NCBI RefSeq assembly: GCF_963921235.1
Contig: NC_086108.1
Coordinates: 45,944,001 to 46,008,000 of the forward strand
Direction: 5' to 3'
DNA: 64,000 nt
Origin: Mobula hypostoma
Lineage: Eukaryota
Below, one piece after another: positions 28,601 to 43,600 of this stretch; the first letter of the stretch is position 1; each line of letters begins with the position of its first letter. Both the position numbers and the translations under genes were made by a program. Below the pieces are notes generated by a model. It had not been told where the DNA came from and made no database searches. It saw nothing but the letters and a program-made list of their open reading frames with translations.

Positions 28601-31600
28601 AGGCTACTACTCAATACAATGAAAAATACTTCCCCTCCCAAAACATATCTGTAACCTTAGTGACACTGGTTAATTAATCTTATCCCTGAGGCATCAACTC
28701 AGCAGCACAACTCGGTAAGCAAGGCAGTGTTGGCTTTGATGTTGTGTACAAGACCTGAACCAATTACTTCAGCTGATTCTTGAGATGGTGGTAACATTAA
28801 AAACAGGAATATTATAATTATGTAAAGGATCAACAACTCCCCTCTTAAAATGTTTCCCTACCAAATTCAAACTGTCTTTACTTTTAAAGAGGGAAAGAAA
28901 TGTCAAATCAGATGTAATCTGCTTCATCTTAATTGTCAAATCAAACAATTACACATTTAATCATTTTCTAAACTTCTCCACTTAACCCTTGCCTGCACCA
29001 CTTGATAGAAAATCCTTCTCTCACCATGCTGCTCAAGACCATATTTGACCGCATCCCACCAACACCTAGTTCCAAAGTGTTCAGCGCATTGAAATGATTT
29101 ACTTGTTCAGGGAAACATCAGCCTCATGTACTTCATTATGATGAAATGTGAGACCATCTGCAACATTTCTTTCCAGCGAATTTTGTCATATGAACTTTAG
29201 TTGTGTTTGAAATCAGCTGTCACCCAGGCGGTACTCAACAAGAGGAAGGGTCAGTTCATCAGGGTCTTTCAAATAAACGTCCAGGATGTTGCATGTGAAT
29301 TGGTGCAGATTGCCAGGAACTTAAAGCCCAGATAGACGACGGAGTCTGTAAAATGTTTTTTTCAGGAATTTCCATACACCTTCAGCCAAAATAATTACAG
29401 ACATAACTCAAAAATTGGTGCACTTGTTGGATAAGAAGGAAGGTTTTCAAAGGATAGTGAATTGTAGATATGAGCAAAGACATGGCAAACGGAGTTTAAT
29501 CTGGGCGAGTGCGAGGTACTGCATTTTGGGAGCTGAAGTATAGAGGTAACGTACACTTTAATTATAAGAACTCGTAAAAGAATTGTTGTATATAGGGATC
29601 TTGGTGTCCAAGTCCATAGTTCCCTGAAAATCCACAGCACACATAGGTTAGGGAGTAAAGAAAACACACAGTATATTTGCTTACATTGGCTGGGGCAATG
29701 AGTACAAGAATCAGGGAATTGTGTTGTAGCTGTACAAAATGTTAGGCTTAAATTGGAGTAGAGTTCAGCTCCTATTGTCCCATTACAGGTAGAATGTTAA
29801 AGTTTTAGAGAGGTTCACCAGAATGCTGGCTAGATTAGAGAGTATCAGCTATACGGAGAGATTGAACGGACTTAGATTATTTTGCTGGCGCATTAGAGGC
29901 TGAGGTTGACCCATAGAGGTTCATAAAATTATGAGAAGCATAGATAGGGTATATAGTCAGAGTCTTTTTCACAGAACAGAAATACCAAATACATGACAGC
30001 ATAGTTACGAGAGAGGCGGATCGTTTAAGGTATGATTTTTTTTACACATTGAGATTGGTGGAAGCCTGGAACACATTGCCAGAAATGGTGATGGAATTGA
30101 GATCAACACATGAACGTGAGGGGAATGGAAGGATATAAACCACGTGCAGGTGAGAATAGAGGGAGTAGTTTCATTTGGCATTATGTCACAGCAGCCACGT
30201 TAGATCAAAGGGCTCTGCTGTTCCATGTTCTACTGTCACACCATGTTCATGTGGTGTGGGAAGCCACAGAGGGGCAGGTGAGGTTTGTTATATTTTATAA
30301 CCTCAAAACACTACTGGGTTGACAGTGACCTTAAAATCATCACAGATCCTGACAGACACATTCTTCTTGGCTACTGGGACCACTGGTGTTGCCTATGGAC
30401 TCCACTCAACCTTGGACAGAATCCCCTCTCCATGAAATCTAGCTCACTGGCTATGGAGAACCAGACAGGCTTTGTAGAACTTGGGTGTGCCATTTTCTTT
30501 TAACGCAATGTTACCCTTGATATACACACAAAATGCTGGAGGAACTCAGCAGGCCAGGCAGCATCCATAAAAAAAAGTACAGTCTTCATTTCAGGCTGAA
30601 ACCCTTCGGCAGGACTGGAGAAAAAAAGCTGAGGAGTAGATTTGAAAGGTGGGGGGCAGGGCAGAGAGAAACGGCAAGCGATAGGTGAAACTTGGAGGGA
30701 GAGGGATGAAGCAAAGAGCTGGGAAGTTGATTGGTGAAAGAGACAGAAGGCCATGGAAGAAAGAAGAAGGGTGGGCGGAGGAGCACCAGAGGGAGGTGAT
30801 GGGCAGGCAAGGAGATAACATGAGAGGGACAAGGGGATGGGAAATGGTGAAGGACGGGGTGGGGTGTGGCGTGGGTGAAGGCATTACTGGAAGTTTGAGA
30901 AATCAATGTTCATGCCATCAGTTGGGGGCTACCCAAAGGGAATACAAGGTGTTGTTCCTCCAACCTAGGTATGGCCTTATACTGACAGTGGAGGAGGACA
31001 TAGATGGACATATTGGAATGGAAATGGGAAGTGGAATTAAAATGGGTGGCCACTGGGAGATCCCGCTTGTTCTGGTGGACGGAGCATGGATTCTTGGTGA
31101 AACAGTCTCCTATCTACATTGGGTCACACCGATATACAAGAGGCCGCACCGAGAGCACCGAACACAGTAAATGACCCCAACAGACTCACAGGTGAAGTTT
31201 TGCCTCACCTGGAAGGACTGTTTGGGGCCCTGAATGGTAGTGAGGGAGGTGGTGTAGGGGCAGATGAAGCACTTGTTCTGCTCCCAAGGGTAAGTGCCAG
31301 AAGGGAGATCAGTAGGAAGGAACAAATGGGCAAGGAGGTCACGTAGGGAGCGATCCCCGCGGAAAGTGGGTGGAGGGAGGGAAAGATGTGTTTGGTGGTG
31401 GGATCCAATTGGAGGTGATGGAATTTTTGGAGAATTTTGTGCTGGACAGGGAGGCTGGTTGGGTGGTAGGTAAGGACAAGAGAAACCCTATCCCTGTTGG
31501 TGAGGATATGTTTAAGTTTTCCATTGCCACCCTTGAGCACTGCTGTGGTCCTATCCAGTACCTTTCTTAATTTGCTTTCAGCTGATGCTTTTGCAGGGGA

Positions 31601-34600
31601 TGTGGCATGGAAATTGTGTATGGATCAGCCAATCACACCCTACATTGTTGCCCCTCATGTGGTATGTGGTATTTTTACCACATACAAGCCCAATGTGGCT
31701 TGTTGGTTATAGTATCTCACTGTTACGAATGCCATTCTCAGAGAGGTTATCTATTCTCCTTTGTAAATTCTTAGTTGGATACCTGCAGGCTTCAGTTCAA
31801 TATCTTTGAAATGCTGTTCTAATTCACTTTGTGGAATGACTGAAACAGCTGAGCCAGTGCCCAACTTAATTTGAATTAATTTGCCTTTCATTTCTGGTGT
31901 AACTTATCGCTTGTCTATTGTTAGTTTTCACTTTGTAAATCTCAAGGCTACATAGTCTGTGTCATTCTCATCATTATCAGATTTTTCATTAGCAGCATGC
32001 TGATTAGTGCTCTTTTTGAAACTGCAACTTAACTTTTTATCTTTATCTCTTCCCCGGGCAGTCCATTTACTTTTGTTTGTCCAATATGCTTTTCGTATGT
32101 GTCCTACTTTGTTGCATTTTCTGAAAGTTTTAACTTTAAACCTGTATTGTTCTGGTGTATGTGAGGCCCTGCCACAACGGTAACACAATTTGTTTGGCTG
32201 GGCAGGTTTCTGTTTAGACATTTCAGTTTTGTTCATGCACACTTTCATTCCTGACTACAGCTCAATTACACTTCTTTCTACTGTTTCCATTACTACAGCA
32301 ATTTCAAATGCTCTTTTTAAAGTAAGTTGTACTTCAGTTAGGAGCCATTTTTAAATGCTTTCTTGTAAGATTCAACAAACTAAACAATCTCTCAGTGCAT
32401 CATTAAGCTCATTACCGAACTGACAAAGCTCAGACAATCCCTTCAACTCAGCACATACGCTGAAATTGGCTCCTCTTCCTTTTGATTCTACTTATGATAC
32501 CTAAAGCACTCTGCCACATCCACCATCAAGTTGCTGAAGATGCTCGGGATCCATGGTCAGACTCTACAGCAAACCATCAGAGCCACATCAGAGGCGTGGT
32601 AAGAAGCAGTCAATGGCTTTGGATCAAAGTGAAAGGTCCTCTCCTGGGCTCCAAGATTACATCAAGAGTCGGAAGACATAACAGGAGGTGACTCTAGGAT
32701 GCCAGAAGTCATCATCGAGCCCTTCAGAGACATAGTGGGCTAATCGAGGAAGGAGGATGACTACTTGAAAACCCCTGCGTGTCAACCCTTCGTCAGGACT
32801 CATCTATAGGACGAAGTACAGTTGATGAATGGTCTCGGCCCAAAATGTCGACTGTACTTCTTCCTATAGATGCTGCCTGGCCTGCTGCATTCACCAGCAT
32901 TTTGTGTGTGTTGCTCAGTACTAAATGTTTCTGCTTTAATTTTACAATATCAGCAAAGCTCATTTCTGCTGGTTAGTTAGAGTAGTTAAGCTCCTAAGCA
33001 AACTGTATGTCTTTAAATCCAATGCATTCAGCAAAATTGGTACTTGCTTCTCATTGGCTATTCTATTTGCTTTAAAATACTGTTCAATTTACTCCGTATA
33101 CAATATCCAGTTATCTGTTACGTGTTATGTAATGAATGACGTAATGTAGCCAGCCATTTCTGCTATTTTAAATTGATTACTATCAGCCAATACTCATTGT
33201 TTATGAACCCATGAACCCTTCGGTTTTCTGCCTTACTTTTTTAAAATTTGACCGTATCTTCTCTTCTGAAGAACAAGTGCTCCGCTGCTTTTTATTAACT
33301 TGAGCATTTCAGTTTCATTTTAAAAATGCCTTGTCATCACTGTTACATTTCGTAGCTTACCTTTTGCACACTTGCTCATCCTAGTTCATCCAAATGAAAG
33401 TTTTCTGTCTGAGCATGGGTGCAGATCTGATTCTGCCAATCAGGAATGCCACAACAGGTCTTCCTGAATCCCTGGTGAAAACTTCAATCAAAGTTCTATT
33501 GTCACAATGAGATCCTCATAGGCATAATTTTAGGTGAATCTGCCTGCCTTGGGAAGGAATCTCATTTACCACAAGCACGCAATTAATGGGAGTGATCCAG
33601 TTTTGAACAATTATGCAGCCTATTTATTTTGAACCTAGTTATTTTCTGCTTTTATTTCACAGGTCCAGCACTGGCAGTTTTTTCTCCTCCCCATTTTCGC
33701 ACACAACTACATGGTTTCTGTGATGTAATGGTGAGTTATAATGAATCCTTCAGAGATGATTTATGTAACAATGAACCCACCAGAATTATCATATGCTTGC
33801 CGTCGAAACAGGGGGTGGAGAAGTCATCGTACAGGTATGTGGTTTCGAAGCCTGGAAGCCCATTAAAATGATCTTCTGTCCATTCCCAGACATTACCAAA
33901 CACGTCATGAAAGCCTGTCTCGTTGGGTGGATACATAGTCACAGGCTGCAGGGTAACAGAAGAAAGAACAACGTCAAGCACACACTGAATTTCCACTACA
34001 GGAAGGATGTCAAAGCACTGAAGTGAATAAGCACACCATTAGTGAATTTGAAGCTGCTGAATCTTTGGATGAACCTTCATTTCTAATGCATCACGAATCT
34101 TCTTGAGGGTTAGTAAAAAATAATCGCATACTCACGATAACACTTAACTGGTGAATCCCATTTCTCTCAGGCAGATAGCAATGTATGCTTGGTGGTAATC
34201 TTCTTTTGTCTGTTACACCGCTGGCCTTTAGGGCAGCAATGAAAGGCCGCCATCTCTGGCGGTGTTCACGGCTTCCTTCATCATGTCAGTAGGTTCCTCT
34301 CAGTTTACTGTCAGCCATGCAAGTCCCGGGTGGAGACTTGGGAATTCCATGGCACATGAATATACAAGGATTCTTCATTGCTGTTTCTGTGACAGCTTTG
34401 TTTGACCAGTCAGCGTTGTTAGCCCCAAGCTGAACCCCCGAACCTGGAGGATCGGTGGATCACCCCTAGTCTGGCCTCTGCACTTTGACCTGTTGGCATG
34501 GGTGACCCTACCAAGAGCCAAAGCATAAAGCCGTGACTCCAGTCAGCATAGCTCTTCAGGTCATTGAGGAATGCAAGCCTCCAAACCCAGTGACAAGGTT

Positions 34601-37600
34601 GTGTCCTCTTGGAGGACTTGCTTGTATAACTTGCAACTATTAGCACTGAAAATCTCAAATTTTCCTAAAAGTTAATCTTATGACTATTTAGTGTTTAGTT
34701 TCATAAAGTATTGAGAAGAAAATAATCTACAACTCACTATTTCCAAGGGATGTAGTGATAGGTGGGTTAGGAGAAAAGTTTTACCTACCGTTGGTGATCC
34801 AAAAGTCAGGTTGATGTTGTGTTTCTCCTTTACATTATCACAAAATATTGGATCAGAAGTAACATCACCTCCCAAAGGCTTCTATGAAGAGTGTGTGGGA
34901 ATGTTATTAGGATAACTGTCTGTATTTTGGCTTTGTACAAATAGAAATTAAAACTCCATACATAAAAGGACAAAAGGAATAACTTTGAGCTTGATACAAA
35001 AGCGCCAAAACAGGTTAAGGCCTGTTTTACATCATCACCCTTGGCACAATTACCACAATGAGGTTAATTTGAAGTTATTCAGTCAGCCAGCCACAGAGAA
35101 CAACATCAGTCATTGAAAACAAAGCCTGATATTCATGGCAATGCAAGCATTATATCCTGAGTTCACAGAAAGACTTGATTACCAGTACTATTCAATGTGA
35201 CAATGAACATTTGAAACGGGGAAAGCCTAGAGTTCAAGCCCTGGTCAGTTAGCTATCCCACAACTTTACACTGTAGATACCTTTTGTAATAGATTAAAAA
35301 TTGCTATCAACTGATGAACAGCCGGAGAGGAAACTAGACTTTTGTTACTACCTTCTTGCATATATTTAATCTCCTGATAAATTCCTTTCATTTGGTAGAA
35401 TATTTGACTCCTGCATAGTCCACATAGAGAATGTGCATTTACAAAAGGGAATTACAGGACTTCCAAGATGTAGTGCATGGAAAATGGCCCTAAATGGTTT
35501 CCTACATGGAGTCCTCCATCAGAACATAGAACAGTACAGTTCAGGAACAGGTCTTTTAGCCATTCTCCCCATGTCTGTGCAGAGCTCAACGCAAAATTAA
35601 ACTGATCCCTTCTGCCTGCACATGATCCATATCCCTCCATTCCCTACAAGCCTCTTAAATGCCACTCTTGTTCCTGCTTCCACTACCACTCCAGCATCAC
35701 ATTCTAGGCACCTACCACTGAGTAAAATAACTCAGCCAGCACATGACCTTTGATCTTCACTCTTTCACCCTAAAGCTATGCCCTCTAGTGGTAGAACCTT
35801 AGTCCAACAGAACTGGCGCCACCGTCCGTGAATTTGCAGAGATGCTCAACGCAAACAGACAGATGAGAAGGAGACATGATAAACCTTGATCTGAAGCAGC
35901 CAGAAATACTCGGAAATATTGTCCTTCAACTTGAGAGTGAAATCACAGGGAAAAATCTACGAGAAGCAAATGACCTGGCAGCCATATTTCAGTTAAAGTT
36001 TGGACTGCAATACAAGAATCCACATGGGCCTTGTTTGTGAATGGAAAGTTGTTCTCAAAAGAAATGAGTTGAGAACTAAGTGTTTAATTGTCCAGAATTA
36101 CATAAAGAGTCATGGTGTAGGGTGAGCTGAGGTTTGGTAGTGCAGGCACGTGTGAGGATGTGAGGATTCAGGGGTGGTGGTTAAGCAGTGGCGATGTGGA
36201 GTCGCTGTTTATAAGAAGCATCAACAGGTGATACCATGAACTCTTCAGATTCCAAGCAAGTGACCTTCAGTTCACCCACAGGGCATTTATATCCGGAACA
36301 TGAACCAGAAAAATGAATACCTGTACAAGTGAATATTAATGAACTGGGATTGGGAGAGGCATAAAGTACCCAATAGGAGAGAAGTAGCAGATGGAATCAC
36401 CCGGTAACAGGAACAGGAGGAGAGGAAAGGGAGGGAATGAATGAGAAGGCCGAGAGGTAAAAGCAGTAATAAAAAATCTCAGATCAGGCTTGTGCAGACA
36501 GATGGATACATAAAGAATTAGGTTTGCATACTCCAGCAGTAGACTAGAAAACAGGGGATCTCGTATCATAAAACAGCATTGTTATACTTAGTACACGTAG
36601 TTCCCTAATATTACAATAAAATGTTACACTGTCTTCACTCAGCTCCCAGGCAACAGGTGCAAAGATTACTGGATCAAAAACCTTTCTGAACACTGATCTG
36701 CTCCAGACGGTGTGACTTGCACACTCCCTGCCATCTTTCCATGACCCACTAATTCGCAGGATTAGTTGGTATCTTTACCATCTTCTGCCCTGACCCAAGT
36801 ATCTGATGGAGTACTTCTGGTGGAGGACACTACTTTCCATACAGTTAACAACAGGAATTCTGCAGATGCTGGAAATTCAAGCAACACACATCAAACTAAA
36901 TCCCACTTCCTCCAAACTAAAGGTGTAGCTATGGGCACCCGTATGGGTCCTAGCTATGCCTGCCTTTTGCTTGGGTTTGTGGAACAATCTATGTTCCGTG
37001 CCTATTCTGGTATCTGTCCCCCACTTTTCCTTCGCTACATCGATGACTGCATTGGCGCTGCTTCCTGCACGCATGCAGAACTCATTGACTTTATTAACTT
37101 TGCCTCCAACTTTCACCCTGCCCTCAAGTTTACCTGGTCCATTTCCGACACCTCCCTCCCCTTTCTAGATCTTTCTGTCTCTGTCTCTGGAGACAGCTTA
37201 TCCACTGATGTCTACTATAAGCCTACTGACTCTCACAGCTATCTGGACTATTCCTCTTCTCACCCTGTCTCTTGCAAAAACGCCATCCCCTTCTCGCAAT
37301 TCCTCCGTCTCCGCCGCATCTGCTCTCAGGATGAGGCTTTTCATTCTAGGACGAGGGAGATGTCTTCCTTTTTTAAAGAAAGGGGCTTCCCTTCCTTCAC
37401 TATCAACTCTGCTCTTAAACGCATCTCCCCCATTTCACGTAATCTGCTCTCACTCCATCCTCCCGCCACCCCACTAGGAATAGGGTTCCCCTGGTCCTCA
37501 CCTACCACCCCACCAGCCTCCGGGTCCAACATATTATTCTCCGTAACTTCCGCCACCTCCAACGGGATCCCACCACTAAGCACATCTTTCCCTCCCCCCC

Positions 37601-40600
37601 CCCTCTGCATTCCGCAGGGATCGCTCCCTACACAACTCCCTTGTCCATTTGTCCCCCCCCATCCCTCCCCACTGATCTCCCTCCTGGCACTTACCTGTGT
37701 AAGCGGAACAAGTGCTACACATGCCCTTACACTTCCTCCCTTACCACCATTCAAGGCCCCAGACAGTCCTTCCAGGTGAGGCAACACTTCACCTGTGAGT
37801 CGACTGGGGTGATATACTGCGTCTGGTGCTCCCGATGTGGCCTTTTATATATTGGTGAGACCCGACGCAGACTGGGAGACCGCTTTGCTGAACTTCTACG
37901 CTCTGTCCGCCAGAGAAAGCTGGATCTCCCAGTGGATACACATTTTAATTCCACATCCCATTCCCATTCTGACATGTCCATCCACGGCCTCCTCTACTGT
38001 AAAGATGAAGCCACACTCAGGTTGGAGGAACAACACCTTATATTCCGTCTGGGTAGCCTCCAACCTGATGGCATGAACATCGACCTCTAACTTCTGCTAA
38101 GGCCCCACCTCCCCCTCGTACCCCATCTGTTACTCATTTTTATGCACACATTCTTTCTCTCACTCTCCTTTTTCTCCCTCTGTCCCTCTGAATATACCTC
38201 TTGCCCATCCTCTGGGTCCCCCCCCCCTTGTCTTTCTTCCCGGACCTCCTGTCCCATGATCCTCTCGTATCCCCTTTTGCCTATCACCTGTCCAGCTCTT
38301 GGCTCTATCCCTCCCCCTCCTGGTCTTCTCCTATCATCTTGGATCTCCCCCTCCCCCTCCGACTTTCAAATCCCTTACTCACTCTTCCTTCAGTTAGTCC
38401 TGACGAAGGCTCTCGGCCTGAAACGTCGACTGTACCTCTTCCTAGAGATGCTGCCTGGCCTGCTGCGTTCACCAGCAACTTTGATGTGTGTTGCTTTCCA
38501 TACAGTTGTTTTGGAGGCCAGATGTTTGAAGCCAGAATTCCAGCAGACAGTTTTCTTCCTCAGCAGGTTGGTTGCTGTGGTTTACTGCAACTAGTTTGGA
38601 TCATTAAATTCTGGGCAGAGCCTGAACTCCAGGGCCTCCCGAAATCTCAATGACTCAATATCTAACACACACTATATTTTCAAGCTGGACCACAAGGGGA
38701 ACTGAACTGACAGCTTAAATCTTAACAGTATTAGGCGAACTTCTTTTAACTTTCTAAACCATGATAGCTCCTAGACCTTGGTCTCAATACCTCCTTGTGC
38801 AATTGGATCCTCGATTTCCTCATTTGCAGATATCACTCAGTTTGGATTGGCAACAATATCTCCTCCACAATCTCCATCATCATAGGTGCACCACAAGGCT
38901 GGGTGCTTAGCCCCTGCTCTACTCACTTTACACTTAATGCTGTGTGGCTAAGCACAACTCCAATGCCATATTCAAGTTTGCTGATGACACCGCTGTCATA
39001 GGCCGAATCAAAGGTTGTGAAAAATCAGCATATGGGAGGGAGATTGAAACTCTGGCTGAGTGGTGACATAATAACAACCTCTCACTCAAAATGTCAGCAA
39101 GACCAAGGAGCTGATTATTGACTTCAGGAGAAGGAAACCAGAAGTCAATGAGTCAGTCCTCATCGCGGATCAGAGGTGTAGAGGGTCAGCGACTTTAAAT
39201 TCCTTGGTGTTATTATTTCAGAGGGTCTGTCCTGGGCCCAGCATGCAGGTGCAATTATGAAGAAATCACAGCAGCGCCTCTACTTCCTTAGGAGTTTGCC
39301 AAGATTCAGCATGACATCCAAACCTTTGACAAACTTCTATAGATGTGTGGTGGAGAGTATACTGACTGGCTGCATCACAGTCTAGTATGGAAACACCATT
39401 GCCCTTGAATGGACAGTCCTACAAAAGGTAGCAGATACAGCTCAGTCCATTGCGGGTAAAGCCTTCTGCACTGTTAAGCACATCTACATGAAAGCAGATT
39501 TCCTGTTGTCACAGGAAAGCAACATTTATTATCAGGGACCCCCACCACCCAGGACATGCTCTCTTTTTGCTGCTGTCATCAGAAAGCAGGTACAGAGCCC
39601 CAGGACTCACACCATCAGAATCAGGAACAGTTATTACCCCTCAACCATGAAATTCTGGAACCAAAGGGGACGACTTTTCTCAACTTCACTCGCCCCATCA
39701 TTGAAATAAGGAGGGGGAGGGGGAGATCCAAAGTGATAGGAGAAGACAGGAGGGGGAGGGATAGAGCCAAGAACTGGACAGGTGATTGACAAAAGGGATA
39801 TGAGAGGATCATGGGACAGGAGGCCCAGGGAGAAGGAAAGGGAGATGGGAGGAAAACCCAGAGGATGGGCAAGGGGTATAGTCAGAAGGAGAAAAGGGAG
39901 AGAGAGAGAAAGAATGTGTGTATATAAATAAATAATGGATGGGGTACAAGGGGGAGGTGGGGCATTAGCGGAAGTTAGAGAAGTCGATGTTCATGCCATC
40001 AGGTTGGAAGCTACCCAGACGGAATATGAGGTGTTGTTCCTCCAGCCTGATTGTGGCTTCATCTTTACAGTCGAGGAGGCCGTGGATAGACATGTCAGAA
40101 TGGGAGTGGAATGTGGAATTAAAATGTGTGGCCACTGGGAGATCCTGCTTTCTCTGGCGGACAGAGCGTAGGTGTTCAGCGAAATGATCTCCCAGTCTGC
40201 GTCGGGTCTCGCCAATATATAGAAGGCCACATCGGGAGCACCGGGCGCAGTATATCACCCCAGCCGACTCACAGGTGAAGTGTCACTTCACCTGGAAGGA
40301 CTGTCTGGGGCCCTGAATGGTGGTGAGGGAGGAAGTATAAGGGCATGTGTAGCACTTGTTCCGCTTACAAGGATAAATGCCAGGAGAGAGATCAGTGGGG
40401 AGGGATGGGGGGGGACGAATGGACAAGGGAGTCACGTAGGGAGTGATCCCTGTGGAAAGCAGAGCGGGGGGAAGGAAAGATGTGCTTAGTGGTGGGATCC
40501 AGTTGGAGGTGGCGGAAGTTACGGAGAATAATATGTGGGACCCGGAGGCTGGTGGGGTGGTAGGTGAGGACCAGGGAACCCTATTCCTAGTGGGGTGATG

Positions 40601-43600
40601 GGAGGATGGAGTGAGAGCAGATGTGCATGAAATGGGGGAGATGTGTTTGAGAGCAGAGTTGATGGTGGAGGAAGGGAAGCCCCTTTCTTTAAAAAAGAAG
40701 GACATCTCCCTCGTCCTGGAATGAAAAGTTTCATCCTGAGAGCAGATGCGGCGGAGATGGAGGAATTGCGAGAAGGGGATGGCATTTTTGCAAGAGACAG
40801 GGTGAGAAGAGGAATAATCCAGATAGCTGTGAGAGTTAGTAGGCTTATAGTAGACATCAGTGGATAAGCTGTCTCCAGAGAAAGAGACAGAGAGATCTAG
40901 AAAGCGGAGGGAGGTGTCGGAAATGGACCAGGTAAACTTGAGGGCAGGGTGAAAGTTGCAGGCAAAGTTAACGAAGTCAACGAGCTCAGCATGCGTGCAG
41001 GGATCTAGAGATAGAGACAGAGAGATCTAGAAAGGGGAGGGAGGTGTTGGAATCTCAGGGTTGGATATGGTGACATATATTAATTTTGATAATAAATTTA
41101 ATTTGACCTTTGCACCCTTCCCCAAGTCAAGCCCAACAACAAACAGGTGAAGAAGATTTTATCCGAAGATAAATCCCCTGATTCTTTGATTAAAAAGATT
41201 TATCTGAAGACACAAGGAAGGCTTTTGAAATGTGAAGACCCAGAATGGCTGAAGTTTGCAAACAGTGGATAAAATGAAGGCATTATTGGATTAAATTTTA
41301 TGTGCAGTATCTCCCTTTGTATTTACAGTGACAGCAAATCCTTTATGAAGTCACAAACACAAAAAAGTGCATGGTTATTTTGCATATATTCAACTCCTCA
41401 GAAAACTCGATTGCGTACCTGACTGCCAGATCGAATCCGATGATGTTCAGCTTCAGTGAGGAGGCGATATCCATTGCCTTTCCACTTACAAAAGGCCTTT
41501 GCTTCGTGATAGTTGACTTCCACTGGCCAATCCCAGGGCATTGGGAGGATATCAAACAAAGCTCTATACCTGTAGAGGTTAACGGGCTTCTCAACTTCTG
41601 ACACCAGTTTAACATAGTCTTCCCACAGTTTCTCCCTTCCCACCAAGGAAATGCATACTTGGTCCAGGGTTCGCCAGGTCTCTATACCTCGTTCAAATAG
41701 GTGTCCTTTCAACAACAATTAGAAGTAGAAACATTGCCTGATTCTAGTCTGCTCCAGAAGGGAGGTAAAACGGATACTGCTGAACATGCTAATGAGGATA
41801 AAAATTGAGGCATCCCAAACACCTGTTGCCTTACAATCTATCCCTGAGGTGGCCAAGCAGGTATCTTCTAAAATCCTACCGACTTGCAGGAAGGGTTCCT
41901 ACAAACAGGGTGCAGCAAATGTGATGCACTATTTATGAAAGGATGAAGAGAGAAAGAAGGGAACCAGCAACCTGTCAGCCTGACATTGGTTGTCAGGAAA
42001 TGCTGGTTATAAAGGACAGAATACAGTGTGTGGAGACTTGGAAAAGAATGACATGATTGAACAGAGTCAGTATGGGTTTGTGAAAAGGAAACCATGCTTG
42101 ATAAATCCATTTGAATTTTTTGAGGATATATCTAGTAGATGGGAGGGGTGCGGGGAACCAGTGACGTGCTGTATTTGAATTTTCAAACAGTTTTTAAATA
42201 TATCTTCACAAAAAGTTGTTGATCAAGACGGGTGTACATGAAAGTGGGGGGAAATATAGAAGCATGGGTTGGGAGCTGTTTACCAGTGAACAAACACAGT
42301 GAAGGCATAAACGGACATTCTCAGACTGGCAGGCTGGGACTAATGTGGTACCACAGATCAGTGCCTAGGTACTAACTGTATGTACATCAGGAAAGAGTTG
42401 AGTAGGATGGGTCTGCGTTCTCCACAAAGGAATAAAAGTTGACCCAATTGAGACATAACAATATACCTGGAAGGCTTGACAGGATTAATGTGAGGAGGAT
42501 GTTTCCTCTGATTAAGGAATTTTGAACCGGAGGCTACAGTCTCAAAATATGGATTAGGTCATTTAGGACTGAAAGGGGAGCCTTCTTCATTTGGAGATGA
42601 ACAGGCTTTGGAGTTCTCAACCTGGAGATCTAAGGTTTAGTCACTGACTGCATTCAAACTAGTTGTTGATAAATTCTCTGATTGTGCAATGAATCACAGA
42701 ATCTTGGGTAGGGTAGGAAAATGGTGTTGGGGTAAAAGACTAACATTTTCAAATCAAATCAATTCAAATCAAGTTTAAATATCATTCAAACCATACATAG
42801 ATACAGAGAAACAAGACAGTGTTCCTGAGAGGCCAAAGTGCAAAACATTCAAAATAGCAAGCAAACTTCAAAGTAGCTAGTAACATGCAAAATAACAACT
42901 AACATAATAGAAGCATACTCAAAAACTAAAACATATATATAGTCCGAGATCTGGAGCGACAATATCTGACAATCGATGGTACAATGTGCAGACAATCCAG
43001 CCTGTCATTCCACCACTCCAACACGGGAAGGCAGCACTGAGAGGAGAGGCCCGGCCCGAGCTGAGCACGGGCACCTCACTTCAGTGCTTCCGTGTCTCTC
43101 ACTTGGCCTGCAGCAACAGGCAAGCCCGAGGCTTGAATGGAAAAGCAACTAGAGGGGCTGAATGGCTTTCTCCCACTCCATTTCTTATGCAGATTTCATT
43201 GCCGTTACTATAACATGTCATTGTTGATGGGCTGGACAAATTAATCAATTATTTATTTAGTCACTTTCAATTGCTCTTCCTCTGATCCTTTCTGCTATTC
43301 ACTAACCAGATTCGGGCTCGAGAAGGATTCAAGCTGTGCCCCCACCTCCATAAACCAATGACCTCATGCGGGCACTGTAATTATCACGAGTGCTTGGGGA
43401 AATCTGTGGCACAAAGCTTATCCATTACTGACAAGGAACCCACAGGAATGTAGCTCTTGCATGGGACACTCACAGTTACCAACACTGGCAATCACAAACA
43501 TGAAATAAATGCAAGGTGGAGACCATTCCGTCAAAACAACTAGGAGATAATTGAATGAATAGTTTGTGTTTTGTGGCAATGCTGACAGGAGCTTTAGACT

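Noticed and set aside
34200..34615. Possible RTE-related SINE/LINE 5' fragment (similar impression at 44712-44880)
   Set aside because: Resemblance is only impressionistic; no coding motif, tail or TSD could be confirmed.
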